DNA of 31,427 nucleotides from Savitreella phatthalungensis (lineage: Eukaryota): contig AP039698.1 of assembly GCA_051599415.1 (NCBI GenBank), forward strand, positions 496,001 through 527,427, given 5' to 3'. The notes under the pieces are model-generated. The model made no database searches. It was not told where the DNA came from and worked only from the letters and a program-made list of their open reading frames with translations. The position numbers and the translations under genes were made by a program. Position 1 is the first letter of the stretch. Each line of letters opens with the position of its first letter. Below are positions 10,971-20,932 of this stretch, one piece after another.

Positions 10971-11543
10971 ATGGCGACACTACATCGGTCGTTGCGTCCA
11001 CTTCATTGGAACAACGGCGCATCCCATACTGTTGAGCTCTTCCTCGATTTTGTGTGCCCTTTCAGCAAGAAGCAATTCTTGACGGTACACGACCTCCTGC
11101 TCGCCGGCGAATCGCGCGCGGACTTTGTACTGCGGCTGCAGGTCCAACCATGGCATCCTTCATCGACGCTTTTACATGAGACTGCTGTCGCCGTCGCAAA
11201 TCTCGAGGATGATTCGAGGAAGTTTTGGTCGGTCGCACGAAAGCTGTTCGAAGCCAGCGAAGATTACTACGACTCGAGCACTACGGATCAGACCCGGAAC
11301 GATATCTACCGACGTTTGGCTAAATTGATTGACGTTGATGGTGTGCTAGATCAACTCCTCATAACGGGCGATGTCGGCAATGGCGGTAACAAGGTCACGG
11401 ACGTGCTGAAGCTGTCCATTAAGTACGGGCGGCAATTAGGGATTCATGTGTCACCGAGTGTCGTAGTCGACGGTGCGTTGGCGAACAACGTCTCGAGCAG
11501 TTGGACTGCCGGGCAGTGGGACAACTTTCTCGCCAAATTGTAA
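10971..11543 (+). CDS. Thioredoxin-fold (DsbA-like) protein, Pxp2-like, probable peroxisomal
   Basis: VELFLDFVCPFSKK (CxxS), QVQPWHPSS, GIHVSPSVVVDG (cis-Pro loop) and C-terminal AKL (PTS1-type). Confidence 0.82.
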   Translation: MATLHRSLRPLHWNNGASHTVELFLDFVCPFSKKQFLTVHDLLLAGESRADFVLRLQVQPWHPSSTLLHETAVAVANLEDDSRKFWSVARKLFEASEDYYDSSTTDQTRNDIYRRLAKLIDVDGVLDQLLITGDVGNGGNKVTDVLKLSIKYGRQLGIHVSPSVVVDGALANNVSSSWTAGQWDNFLAKL

Positions 11544-11563
11544 CACTGCCCCAATGCCAGATT

Positions 11564-14500
11564 TCATAATGTTAGACTGCCAACATCAGGCATGACTTGT
11601 GGCCCCTCGATCGTGACGCCGAGCGCAATTGCTTCCTGGTGTAGGGCTGCCACATCAGCTGTACTGCTCCAGCAAGTGCGCTCTATGGCAACGTACAGAT
11701 CGGACACAGCCTGCCTGTCGTCAACCAAGGGCAACCATTCTAGCCTGCGTGTTGAGAGCTCGTGATCGAATGGTATCCGCACCTCAAGTTCCAGGGGATT
11801 TGCCCCAAGACATGCATGTAGAAAATCTGCCAAATCCTTCCTGTGCTCCTCGCAGGCGCTCAAGAACCCGTCCACTGATCCCCTCCTCGCCAGTGCGCCA
11901 GCCCGTCGGACGGCGTCGGCGTGCCGGAAAGTGAACAGCCAGTGAGAGGCAAATTTCTGGCAAACGGCACTGTCGCGCTCCTGCAACAGCTGTCTCACCT
12001 GTAAACAGAACGCTTCGTTAGCCGGAGTGTAGTTGCGCTTAAGCGCACGTAGAAGGACTTGGCTATTTGGATGCGGCAAGAGCCGACGGATGCCCTCTAA
12101 ACGAGGGATCGCTTCGCCGAACAGTGCGCGTCCGAGGTCTGGTGCAGGCGAGCGCAGCCAGAGCGTCTCTGCCTCCAAGCGATCGAGTTCGACTGTTCGC
12201 GTTCGGTACACGACCTCTGCCTCGCCTTGTGCAGCGGACTCAATCAGCCGCGAGGGAGCGTGGCGGGATATGTCAAAGGACGCGTTGCGCGAGGTAAGGA
12301 CGAGGTGTGCGTGGCCGAGTAGCTCGGCAACAGCGCGGACATGCCTTCCAGGAGCTTCAACGCACAAATTACTCAGACATGCGAAAGCGAGATTTGCCAC
12401 TTCGACGACTTGATTCGTTACGCTCACATCGATGTCTTCGAGGGCATGGCCATGCTCATCCTGGGAAGGCATGAAATCGCTGAAATCTTGAGATTCTGCT
12501 GGCGGAATGAGTGATAGCAGACGAGTAAGAAAGCGACATGTGTCTATCAAGAGGCCGTGGGAGAAGTGATAATGCTGAAGCAGGATTGCCTTTATATCGA
12601 GTGACAAGAAGCAAGCGAGATCTCCGATAGACAAGCCTTCGGAAGGGACGCCTGTTACGCATCTGCGCAGAAGACCGAGTTCGGCTGTCCCGCCGTCGAG
12701 CTGTGCTTCGCACATCGCTCGATACTGAGCTACAGTGGCTTGGACAATCCGGTCGAGCCAAGACACAAGAGGACGGACGGGACAGGCATGGCGCCTGTAG
12801 AGACGCAAGCTCTCCATACAGGCCTCAAGCGATCGCTCTCGCAGCATCAGGTGTGAGCCCTCTAGGTTCGCCGACGCTGCATCTGCCACGGCCACAAGAT
12901 CCTTCATTGTAGGGGCGATGTCGTAAAGACACAGCTCCAGCGCGAAACGATTGACGACTTTGGCAAGGTCGCGAGAGTCCAGCGCCTGCGTCGATCGAAA
13001 CGAGAGCGGCCCATGAGTCCGCAGCTTGTCGACCAATTTTGGCGTGATTCGAGTGAGGCGGAGGATTTTTAGAAAAATACCAAAGACGTTCGTCGCATCG
13101 CTCTCGTGGAAGTCTGCATCTTGAGAATACGACGCTTGGACTGTCTCGCTCGATAGATTGCCCAGAGAAAGCCGCTGAAAGATGAAGCGATACAGCACGC
13201 CATCTGCAAGGCCTGCGCCGAGCAGGGGCCAAGTCGACCATCCACACCAAGTAAGAAAGTGCGCGCGCTGAATCAGCAATCGAACCGAGGCATCTTCTTC
13301 GTCCTGTAAAGATTGCAGAAGATGCAAAGCGAGCGTCCAGTTCGATCGCGGCTCTGGATGACCATAAGCATTGAACGAAGCCGCAGCAAGGGTAAGGCAC
13401 ACCTGCCACGCCGTTTCCTTGTCACGGACCAGGACAATCTCGTTGAAAAGATTCCACGACGGCTGTGCATGCAATATGATCGTCGCGGCCACCAGCAGAT
13501 CTGATGCATATCCGCGTCTGAGCGCGTCGCCAACAGAGCCGATCTGGTCGACAAGTGAGGATATCGCCTTGCGGGAAGCTTCCTCAAAATCTTTTCCGCG
13601 AAGGACAGCTCGCACGCAAGCCCACGCTTCTCCAAGCAACCCAGGGGCAGCATCAATACAATGACCACCCGCCAAAGCACGCACGAGGCAGCCATCGGCC
13701 AAGTCAGGCAACGCGAAGGTCGCTCTGACTAAGCCAAAGGCAACAGGAGCCGATTTATTTTGCAGACATCGTTGTGCAGGAGGTTTCGGGCGACCGCGCC
13801 TGCCCTTCGACACGCCGACAAATGTGCTCTGACGCCACGATGCAACTTTTTCGTGGGCCGCGATCTCTGCCAAGTACTCGAGCTGCCGTTGTAGAGAGTG
13901 TCGGCCCATGCGGGAGGCTTGGCGACGCGAGCGCGCAATTTCGTGCTGCAGATCCGGTGCATGAGTGCGCGGTCTCCAGTGATTTCCGTCACTTTTGCTC
14001 CGTTCAGTGGTCCGATGAAGAGGGCTTCTTCGCTGGACGGATCTCTGATCGACCTTGAAGATCGGCTCTTGGCCTCGCACAGCCTGTCTTCTGCCGAGCA
14101 ATGATTGACCGTGCCCTTCGGAATTCCGTGCACTCCTCCTTGTGTAGTCACGGCCCGCTGGCTCGATCTTGCGCTTGCCAGCAACAGCTTTACGTTTGTT
14201 TTCAGACCCGCTCCCAGGTACGTTTGCACGATCCGAAACATCGTCAGAGGCGCTCGAAGACTCATGCAACACACCGAAGTCGAGACTCTTCGTAGCATGT
14301 TTTATGCGCTTGCCACTTGTCCTTGTCGATCTCCGCGCGATCCGTAGTTCCTTTGTGTCCTTTCGAGCCCCACGATCCTGTCGACTCGCCAACGATCGCT
14401 TTGGCAACATTCTATTCAGCGCGCCGGAGTCATCGACAATGACACTTGCATCGTCATCAGAGGAGACTAGGACGAGCTTTGGTGCCTCTGGCGATGACTT

Positions 14501-15169
14501 CAGCCGGTGTGCTTCATGCGTCTTTATGGGTCGATCCTGCTCAGAATCACAGGCGATACGCCTCCGCTTGACCCGCGCACGACCGACGACATGCTCTGCA
14601 TTCGCACGTGCATAAGCGTGAGAGCGATTCTGTTCCCGGCGCACTTGGAAGGCATCTCTATTTGCGAAGCTTGGTGGGAGCACACCTCGGATGCGTCGCT
14701 TCCACATCTGTAGCTCACGCTCTTCCTCACCGTCTGAGCTGCTTTCCTCGGTGCTTGACAACTCTTCGGATACGGCGCGCGCATTTCCTCGCCAATGATT
14801 GGTACTGAACTCGAAGCTGGCTTTGTCAGAGGCCCGGGCGGGTCGGCGACCATCCTTCGCGTGGGGTTCATTCGACCTTGCGGCGGATGCAGGAACGACA
14901 AACTCCTGCGCGTCATTCAACGACTCGACAGGTTTTCCGTATGCCAATGGTTTCAGTCCTATTGAGCGGAATTGCTGCTCGTGTACATGATGATAATATG
15001 CGTAGGGATTCAGCTGTTTCAATGAGGTTCGCTCGCGCAGAGAATAGCCTCGGCGGCTGGCCGTCTTCGCTGCATCATCACTGATATGTAGTCTCCTGCT
15101 CGTCGGCGGACTAGCTGAGACGAGGGTCTCATCCTCATGTTCGCTGTCGATGACGACCCCTCCGACCAT
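11564..15169 (-). CDS. MMS22: Mus7/Mms22-family replication-fork repair protein
   Basis: About 1200 aa. N-terminal YSLRERT..QLNPY..GLKP and RRIRGVLPPSF motifs recalled from fungal Mus7/Mms22, then a disordered middle and helical C-terminus. Confidence 0.78.
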   Translation of the reverse strand: MVGGVVIDSEHEDETLVSASPPTSRRLHISDDAAKTASRRGYSLRERTSLKQLNPYAYYHHVHEQQFRSIGLKPLAYGKPVESLNDAQEFVVPASAARSNEPHAKDGRRPARASDKASFEFSTNHWRGNARAVSEELSSTEESSSDGEEERELQMWKRRIRGVLPPSFANRDAFQVRREQNRSHAYARANAEHVVGRARVKRRRIACDSEQDRPIKTHEAHRLKSSPEAPKLVLVSSDDDASVIVDDSGALNRMLPKRSLASRQDRGARKDTKELRIARRSTRTSGKRIKHATKSLDFGVLHESSSASDDVSDRANVPGSGSENKRKAVAGKRKIEPAGRDYTRRSARNSEGHGQSLLGRRQAVRGQEPIFKVDQRSVQRRSPLHRTTERSKSDGNHWRPRTHAPDLQHEIARSRRQASRMGRHSLQRQLEYLAEIAAHEKVASWRQSTFVGVSKGRRGRPKPPAQRCLQNKSAPVAFGLVRATFALPDLADGCLVRALAGGHCIDAAPGLLGEAWACVRAVLRGKDFEEASRKAISSLVDQIGSVGDALRRGYASDLLVAATIILHAQPSWNLFNEIVLVRDKETAWQVCLTLAAASFNAYGHPEPRSNWTLALHLLQSLQDEEDASVRLLIQRAHFLTWCGWSTWPLLGAGLADGVLYRFIFQRLSLGNLSSETVQASYSQDADFHESDATNVFGIFLKILRLTRITPKLVDKLRTHGPLSFRSTQALDSRDLAKVVNRFALELCLYDIAPTMKDLVAVADAASANLEGSHLMLRERSLEACMESLRLYRRHACPVRPLVSWLDRIVQATVAQYRAMCEAQLDGGTAELGLLRRCVTGVPSEGLSIGDLACFLSLDIKAILLQHYHFSHGLLIDTCRFLTRLLSLIPPAESQDFSDFMPSQDEHGHALEDIDVSVTNQVVEVANLAFACLSNLCVEAPGRHVRAVAELLGHAHLVLTSRNASFDISRHAPSRLIESAAQGEAEVVYRTRTVELDRLEAETLWLRSPAPDLGRALFGEAIPRLEGIRRLLPHPNSQVLLRALKRNYTPANEAFCLQVRQLLQERDSAVCQKFASHWLFTFRHADAVRRAGALARRGSVDGFLSACEEHRKDLADFLHACLGANPLELEVRIPFDHELSTRRLEWLPLVDDRQAVSDLYVAIERTCWSSTADVAALHQEAIALGVTIEGPQVMPDVGSLTL

Positions 15170-15331
15170 GCCATGGCGCGTCTTGACGCGATTCACAGGT
15201 ACGCCCAGCTAAATCATCAGATCGGAGGGTCACGTGATCTAAATCAAAGGATGACGAAACACGCCATGAAATAAATATTCACATAAAAGGCAATACACCA
15301 CGGATGCAGAGTCAGTACGACGACAAAGTCA

Positions 15332-15562
15332 ATGTCGCTCTCCCGTAATATTCCTGGCTTTCTGGTGGCTGCGACCGTAGGCATCGTCAGCGGCTACTAC
15401 ATTTTTGATCCTATTGTTCGTCAGGAAGTTGAGAGCGGACGTCCGGCCGCAGAGGCTGCTGCGAAGGCGCAGGAGAACGCCAAAGCGCTAGAGGAGTTGC
15501 AAAAGCATCACGAGAAAATGGATGACAAAGTGAAAAGAGCGATCAAGGATGCAGAACATTAA
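15332..15562 (+). CDS. Small single-pass membrane protein with coiled-coil tail (Ecm19/PIGBOS1-like pattern)
   Basis: 76 aa with TM segment FLVAATVGIVSGYYIFDP and a charged helical tail. Divergent from MMS22. Confidence 0.72.
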   Translation: MSLSRNIPGFLVAATVGIVSGYYIFDPIVRQEVESGRPAAEAAAKAQENAKALEELQKHHEKMDDKVKRAIKDAEH

Positions 15563-16055
15563 TCACCAATATGGCGTCACGAGGATCCGGTCGGTTTGGA
15601 AAATGCTGACAACGGAACTCCGTTGAGCATGGACAGCTTTAAACTCCTGGCCTGTGATCATCACCTTGTTGGTCGACTGGTCTACAGCGGCAAGCCCTGA
15701 TGAAATCGGCATATTTCGAGAGACGCAATTTGCCGCAGGAGAATACTCTGCCGACGGTTTTGTTACAATGCTGACGAGAGCGACACACGGAGAAACTTGG
15801 CAGCCACTGATCCGCGACACCTCATAATATATTGTACATCACTACAGCAAATTCGTCTGTCTCATCACATGTGTTTTTTTACGACTTTAGATCGATACTG
15901 ATATTTCCGATGCATGTACACGTACGATGGATCTCGATGCAAAATTTGAAAGGAATTTGACTGCAGCTGTTTGAACATGAATTGGCGCGTTTTATCATTG
16001 CACTATGAGCTTGCACAGCGTGTATATGGATGCATGCGCATGCATGCATACTTTT

Positions 16056-16072
16056 TGACTTGACTGACTCAT
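16056..16072 (+). promoter_or_regulatory. Gcn4/CpcA-type (AP-1) site TGACTCAT plus tandem TGACT half-sites upstream of HIS4
   Basis: TGACT at 16056, 16061 and 16065. Full TGACTCAT at 16065-16072, about 95 bp before the HIS4 ATG. Confidence 0.55.
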
Positions 16073-16166
16073 GCAAATATAACGTTACGGTCTGTAGATC
16101 ATCGATCCGAAAGTCAATAAATATTTAGTGAGTAAGACGACACACTCGAACACTCTCTTTTCATCG

Positions 16167-18503
16167 ATGAAGGTCTGTCCAACTTTGTCGGCCACGGACG
16201 AGATCAAGTGGCCAGTATGTGGGCAGGTTCTCGTCAATGGCGGTGCAGATGAAGTGATCGCTTTCGTTGAGCGCCATTTCGGGGTTGTCGATATATGCGC
16301 GGACGGGAGAGGCTGGCCGGCGGAAGATGTCTACCGGGCTCTGGATGCTGGAGTGCTTCGGATCATCACCGAACAGAACGTGCCGAGAGATCGTTCCTTA
16401 CGAGAGGATTCTCTCCTACTGGGAAATCCTAGCGAGGAAACCCCCACAGATCTGACGGTCGTGCTACCTCAAGCATCTCTTGACGCGGACGCGCTTACCA
16501 ACTTGCTCCTCCGCGGAGTGACGAGCGATAGACCGGATGGTCTGTTCGCAACTGTCGTATGCGACACCCGCGGCTCGTGTCTCGGATTAGCGTACTCGTC
16601 CGCGCAGAGCGTCTCGGAAAGTCTTAGCACGGGTAAGGCAGTCTATCAAAGCAGAAAGCGGGGTCTCTGGTACAAGGGTGCTACGTCAGGCGACGTGCAG
16701 CTCTTGCACGGCATCGACTTTGACTGTGACAGTGACACAATACGCTTCGTCGTTTTACAGGAAGGCCGAGGTTTCTGCCACTTGCCACAGTACACCTGTT
16801 TCGGGGACGCACGCGGCCTCACACGGCTTGAGCGCACGCTACAGGAGCGTCAGCGCTCCGCTCCGGAAGGATCATACACAGCGCGGCTCTTCTCGGACGA
16901 CAAGCTCCTGCGTGCCAAGATCTTAGAGGAAGCCGATGAGCTTTGTGATGCAATTGAGCCGAAGCATGCAGCTTTCGAGGCCGCCGATCTCGTCTACTTT
17001 GCCCTTGCGCGCTGTGTCAAGCTCGGGGTCAGCTTATCCGATGTGGAGCGCTCCCTCGACCGCAAGTCTTTGAAGATTCAGCGTCGAAAGGGAGACGCCA
17101 AAGAGCAATACCAGGCTGCTGTCAAGGCGAAGGAGGAGGCAGTCGTTGCGCAGGTTAAAAGCATGGGCGATGATCCTCCTATCGATGACCGTGAGGGCCT
17201 CAAGCTAAGGGTCTTCCGCCAAGCTGACCTGGATGCTGCTCAGACTTCCGCTCTGCTGAGACGACCAATCAAGACGAACGACGAGATCACGAAACTCGTT
17301 CGGCCGATCATCGAAGCTGTGCGCTCTCGTGGCGACGAGGCCGTCCTTGAATTTACGGAGAAATTCGATGGCGCAAAGCTAGCTTCTCCTGTCATGCGCG
17401 CACCGTTTCCGCAATCAGCCATGGAGTTGCCCGCAGACACGATCGCTGCCATTGACCAAGCATTCTCCAACATTCAGCGCTTCCACGAAGCGCAGCTCGC
17501 CAATGAAAGGCCAATCGCTGTCGAGACGATGCCGGGCGTCACGTGCTCTCGGTATTCCAGAGCCATCGAGTCTGTCGGACTTTACATACCCGGCGGCACG
17601 GCCGTGCTTCCGTCGACAGCCATGATGCTCGGCATCCCGTCCATGGTAGCGGGATGCAAGCACATCATCTTCGCCTCCCCGCCCCGCCGAGACGGCTCGC
17701 TCAATCCGGAGATTGTCTACATTGCTCACAAGGTCGGGGCTGAGTCAATTGTGCTCGCAGGCGGTGCACAGGCCATCGCAGCTCTCGCATACGGCACTGA
17801 AGCCGTGCACAAGGTCGATAAGATTCTCGGCCCGGGTAATCAGTTTGTCACGGCAGCAAAGTCCCTCGTGAGCGGGGATCCTGAGGCGCTCGTCAGCATC
17901 GATATGCCCGCTGGCCCGTCCGAAGTCCTGATACTTGCAGACGGCCAATCAGATCCGCGCTTCGTCGCAAGTGACCTGCTCTCGCAAGCGGAGCACGGCG
18001 CGGACTCACAATCCGTCCTTGTCGGCATCGACCTGACTGACGCTCAGATTAAAGCAATCCAAGATGAAACGATCGCTCAAGCCAACCGACTACCCCGCGT
18101 AGACATCCTTCGCAAATCCATCGCGCATTCGTACATCTTGAATGCCAGCAACCTCGCAGACGCCATTGACGTCACGAATCGTTATGCTCCCGAGCACTTG
18201 ATCGTTTACACGGCAAACTCAGTAGAGGACGCCAAGCGAATCACTAATGCTGGCAGCATTTTCGTTGGCGCTTACGCCCCTGTGGCTTGCGGCGATTATG
18301 CTTCTGGGACTAATCACACGCTACCGACGTACGGCTACGCTAAGCAGTACTCTGGCGTGAACACATCGAGCTTCCTGAAGGCAATCACTTCGCAATACAT
18401 CACACGAGACGGTTTGCAAGATCTTGGTAAGGTGGTGATGCGGCTAGCTGAAGTAGAGGGACTTGATGCGCACAAGAATAGCGTGAGTATCAGGCTCGAA
18501 TAG
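16167..18503 (+). CDS. HIS4: Trifunctional histidine biosynthesis protein (PRA-CH / PRA-PH / histidinol dehydrogenase)
   Basis: YQSRKRGLWYKGATSG and DCDSD..FCH (HisI), SYTARLF..KILEEADEL (HisE), and VGLYIPGGTA, DMPAGPSE, QAEHG, APEHL, GDYASGTNHTLPT (HisD). Confidence 0.97.
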   Translation: MKVCPTLSATDEIKWPVCGQVLVNGGADEVIAFVERHFGVVDICADGRGWPAEDVYRALDAGVLRIITEQNVPRDRSLREDSLLLGNPSEETPTDLTVVLPQASLDADALTNLLLRGVTSDRPDGLFATVVCDTRGSCLGLAYSSAQSVSESLSTGKAVYQSRKRGLWYKGATSGDVQLLHGIDFDCDSDTIRFVVLQEGRGFCHLPQYTCFGDARGLTRLERTLQERQRSAPEGSYTARLFSDDKLLRAKILEEADELCDAIEPKHAAFEAADLVYFALARCVKLGVSLSDVERSLDRKSLKIQRRKGDAKEQYQAAVKAKEEAVVAQVKSMGDDPPIDDREGLKLRVFRQADLDAAQTSALLRRPIKTNDEITKLVRPIIEAVRSRGDEAVLEFTEKFDGAKLASPVMRAPFPQSAMELPADTIAAIDQAFSNIQRFHEAQLANERPIAVETMPGVTCSRYSRAIESVGLYIPGGTAVLPSTAMMLGIPSMVAGCKHIIFASPPRRDGSLNPEIVYIAHKVGAESIVLAGGAQAIAALAYGTEAVHKVDKILGPGNQFVTAAKSLVSGDPEALVSIDMPAGPSEVLILADGQSDPRFVASDLLSQAEHGADSQSVLVGIDLTDAQIKAIQDETIAQANRLPRVDILRKSIAHSYILNASNLADAIDVTNRYAPEHLIVYTANSVEDAKRITNAGSIFVGAYAPVACGDYASGTNHTLPTYGYAKQYSGVNTSSFLKAITSQYITRDGLQDLGKVVMRLAEVEGLDAHKNSVSIRLE

Positions 18504-18524
18504 ACTCTTCCGGCTGTGAATGGC

Positions 18525-18896
18525 CTAGTGCAGCTTATCCTTGTCACCGGCCTTGAGATCCTCGCCTTCAGTGATCATTTCCGAGTCGCTCTTCATTGTT
18601 CCGAGGGCAATCTTCGCCTGACCTTTGATACGGTCCCCAAGACTAGCCTTCTGCTCCGCTGGATGGTTGCCCGACAAAAGCGCGGGTCTGTCCGAATACT
18701 CATCTGGTCTTGAGTCGATCTGCGATTGTCGCGAAGCCTGTGTGCCTTCGAGGCGCTCATCCGACCCGGTGGTGTCCACGGTCCGCGCAAGGCCGCCGGC
18801 ATGCAGACCTTCAGACTGCTGCCACAGTTGCTCTTGCGTCAGCGGAGCCTTGTCCTTGCCCAGAGCAGAAATTGACTGTTGTCCAAGATCGCTCAT
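18525..18896 (-). CDS. Hydrophilic stress-type protein with CsbD-like C-terminus
   Basis: 123 aa, hydrophilic, ending in SLGDRIKGQAKIALGTMKSDSEMITEGEDLKAG. Confidence 0.65.
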   Translation of the reverse strand: MSDLGQQSISALGKDKAPLTQEQLWQQSEGLHAGGLARTVDTTGSDERLEGTQASRQSQIDSRPDEYSDRPALLSGNHPAEQKASLGDRIKGQAKIALGTMKSDSEMITEGEDLKAGDKDKLH

Positions 18897-19083
18897 CGTT
18901 TCGTTGTCCCTCTCAGTGTCCGCAATCGCGTGAGGTCATAAAATGATGTCAAGTCGCCGAGGAGATCTATTTGTGCGATTTCCTGCTCCGGGAATTGAAT
19001 CCATGCGCGTGGTTTCTATTTTTCTGTGTCTAGGCACGATCACATGCACACCACACGACAAGACGCGCTGTGAACCTGTCTTG

Positions 19084-19887
19084 ATGTCCTCAGAAGATCT
19101 GCTGCAGCAAGCGCGACCGTACCTGGACAATGCAGTCGCACGAGTTCGGACGTTGCCTCCGTTCACTCTTGGTGTCACCTGCGTCATGGGCCTTGTGGTC
19201 ACGGCAGGGCTCTTAGTTGACATCGTCGCATGGTTCAGTCTTGCGCCTTCGAACATATGGTCACTCGAACTCTCTCGCCTCACGACGTATCCCCTCGCAC
19301 ATCTCGGGTTACTTCACTTCCTCATCAACTTGATCGCTTTCTTATCGCTGTGCGCACGTTTCGAGGCTCGTCACGGTACTCTACGCTCATTGACTATGTT
19401 TCTCGGGCCTTTCGAGAGTGTTCCAGGCCTAATCTATTGCTTCATCGAGGGCGCCATCTTCCGGAAAAATACCGCAATCGTTGGCTGCTCGGGCTGGATT
19501 TTTGTCCTGCTCGCGATCGAAAGCAAAACAGAGTTGACCCTGTCCGGTCGACGGATCCCTGGATGGGCCGTTCCGCTCATCCTGGTCGGATTTGCAGCTT
19601 TGTTATTACCAGGTTCGAGTTTGTTTGGCCACCTCGCAGCGGTCGCAACGGGCTTCGTATTCGGCACGGGCAAAGTCGACTTTGTGCTTCTGCCACTAGG
19701 TGTTTGCAACTTTGTGGAGCAAAGGATACTGGCAGTCGTGCTGGGCTATGTTCCACGCTATGTGACCGCAGAGCAGGCGATGAAGAACGCCCAGGCACTT
19801 CCAGATCTAGAAGCGGCACCGAGACCACGGATGACGCGGGCGGCGACCACATCTCTCGGGCACGCGTCGCGTTCGAATGCCGATTGA
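19084..19887 (+). CDS. RBD2: Rhomboid family intramembrane serine protease
   Basis: RLTTYPLAHLGLLHFLINL, catalytic GCSG and GSSLFGHL. Likely ATG at 19084. Confidence 0.88.
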   Translation: MSSEDLLQQARPYLDNAVARVRTLPPFTLGVTCVMGLVVTAGLLVDIVAWFSLAPSNIWSLELSRLTTYPLAHLGLLHFLINLIAFLSLCARFEARHGTLRSLTMFLGPFESVPGLIYCFIEGAIFRKNTAIVGCSGWIFVLLAIESKTELTLSGRRIPGWAVPLILVGFAALLLPGSSLFGHLAAVATGFVFGTGKVDFVLLPLGVCNFVEQRILAVVLGYVPRYVTAEQAMKNAQALPDLEAAPRPRMTRAATTSLGHASRSNAD

Positions 19888-19910
19888 CGAATGCAGCAAA
19901 CTCCAGCGAT

Positions 19911-20873
19911 TCAGACTTTTGGCAGCGCTTCTGCCTTGTAGAATGCATGTGGCTCGAGAATGCTCTTGATGTTATCAACGATGCGCAGCTCGCATGAACG
20001 GCAAACAAGACTGGCTGTGGACTTGTCAGAATCTGTTGCCTCCGATGTCTTCGACCGCATCCTGGCCTCCCGCCAGCTCGGAAATGCTCCGACAGCATCC
20101 TCAAAGTGGCTTCCAGTATCTTCCAAAATCGGCTTCATTGTATCGAGCGCGGTCAACACCGCATCTCGTAGAGCCTGACCTTTTAGAATATGAGATAGCA
20201 GAAGCGCGGCAAACAGGTCGCCCGTCCCCTGGTAAGGTCTATCATAGAATGGCACCTGAACGCGAAACGGCGCTTCCGAGTATGATGAGACGACGACCGA
20301 AATCTCGTGCGGTTGACTAGGATCTTTGAACGTCGTGACAACGATGCGCTTGACGCCCTTTCCATGCAGGATCTCGAAAGCCCGTTGCAGTGTTGCCCAC
20401 GAATTGACCTTGATGCCGGCGAGCAACTCGAGTTCAAACATGTTCGGCGTGATCAGATCGGCTTGTGGCGCCATGGATGCATACAGTGGAGGGATCTCAT
20501 CCGACACGTATAGCCCTCGTTCTTCGTCACCCATTACAGGGTCAAGCAGCCAGAACGGCCTGTCTTGACCAGAAGAGATCCGCTCGGCTATCTCCGCGAC
20601 CGCGCGCACACCCTCGACACCTGGTACGTAGCCGGTCAAGAAGCCCGTCCATCCTCGCGCGCCAACCTTTTCGAGGCCCTCATAAAGCACGAGCAGCTCG
20701 TCTCGGGTGCCGCGTCGGCCCGTTATCCAAGGATAGCCTGTATGCGTTGCGAATTGCACAGTGTCCAGCTGACAGACATCAAAGCCATTCAACTGGATAG
20801 GCAAAACAGCTGCGCGGTTGCCGACATGACCGTACGCGACGCTCGACTGCACAGTCAAGACCTGAGGTGCCAT
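19911..20873 (-). CDS. Pyridoxal kinase (Bud16/Bud17 family)
   Basis: VQSSVAYGHVGNRAA, HTGY, LTGY, DPVMGD, TPNMFELELL and GTGDLFAA. Confidence 0.95.
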   Translation of the reverse strand: MAPQVLTVQSSVAYGHVGNRAAVLPIQLNGFDVCQLDTVQFATHTGYPWITGRRGTRDELLVLYEGLEKVGARGWTGFLTGYVPGVEGVRAVAEIAERISSGQDRPFWLLDPVMGDEERGLYVSDEIPPLYASMAPQADLITPNMFELELLAGIKVNSWATLQRAFEILHGKGVKRIVVTTFKDPSQPHEISVVVSSYSEAPFRVQVPFYDRPYQGTGDLFAALLLSHILKGQALRDAVLTALDTMKPILEDTGSHFEDAVGAFPSWREARMRSKTSEATDSDKSTASLVCRSCELRIVDNIKSILEPHAFYKAEALPKV

Positions 20874-20932
20874 GACGATGGTTATCAAAAGTTATTCACG
20901 AATCGCAAGTCATAACATTATTTACCATTTTC

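Noticed and set aside
15563..15875. 85-aa minus-strand ORF or a C/D snoRNA (GTGATGA near 15865)
   Set aside because: The ORF has a non-ATG start and no recognisable motif. I found no properly placed CTGA D box or recognisable guide sequence.
19230..19997. 255-aa alternative-frame ORF over RBD2
   Set aside because: It is fully explained by the rhomboid frame in GC-rich DNA and has no motifs.
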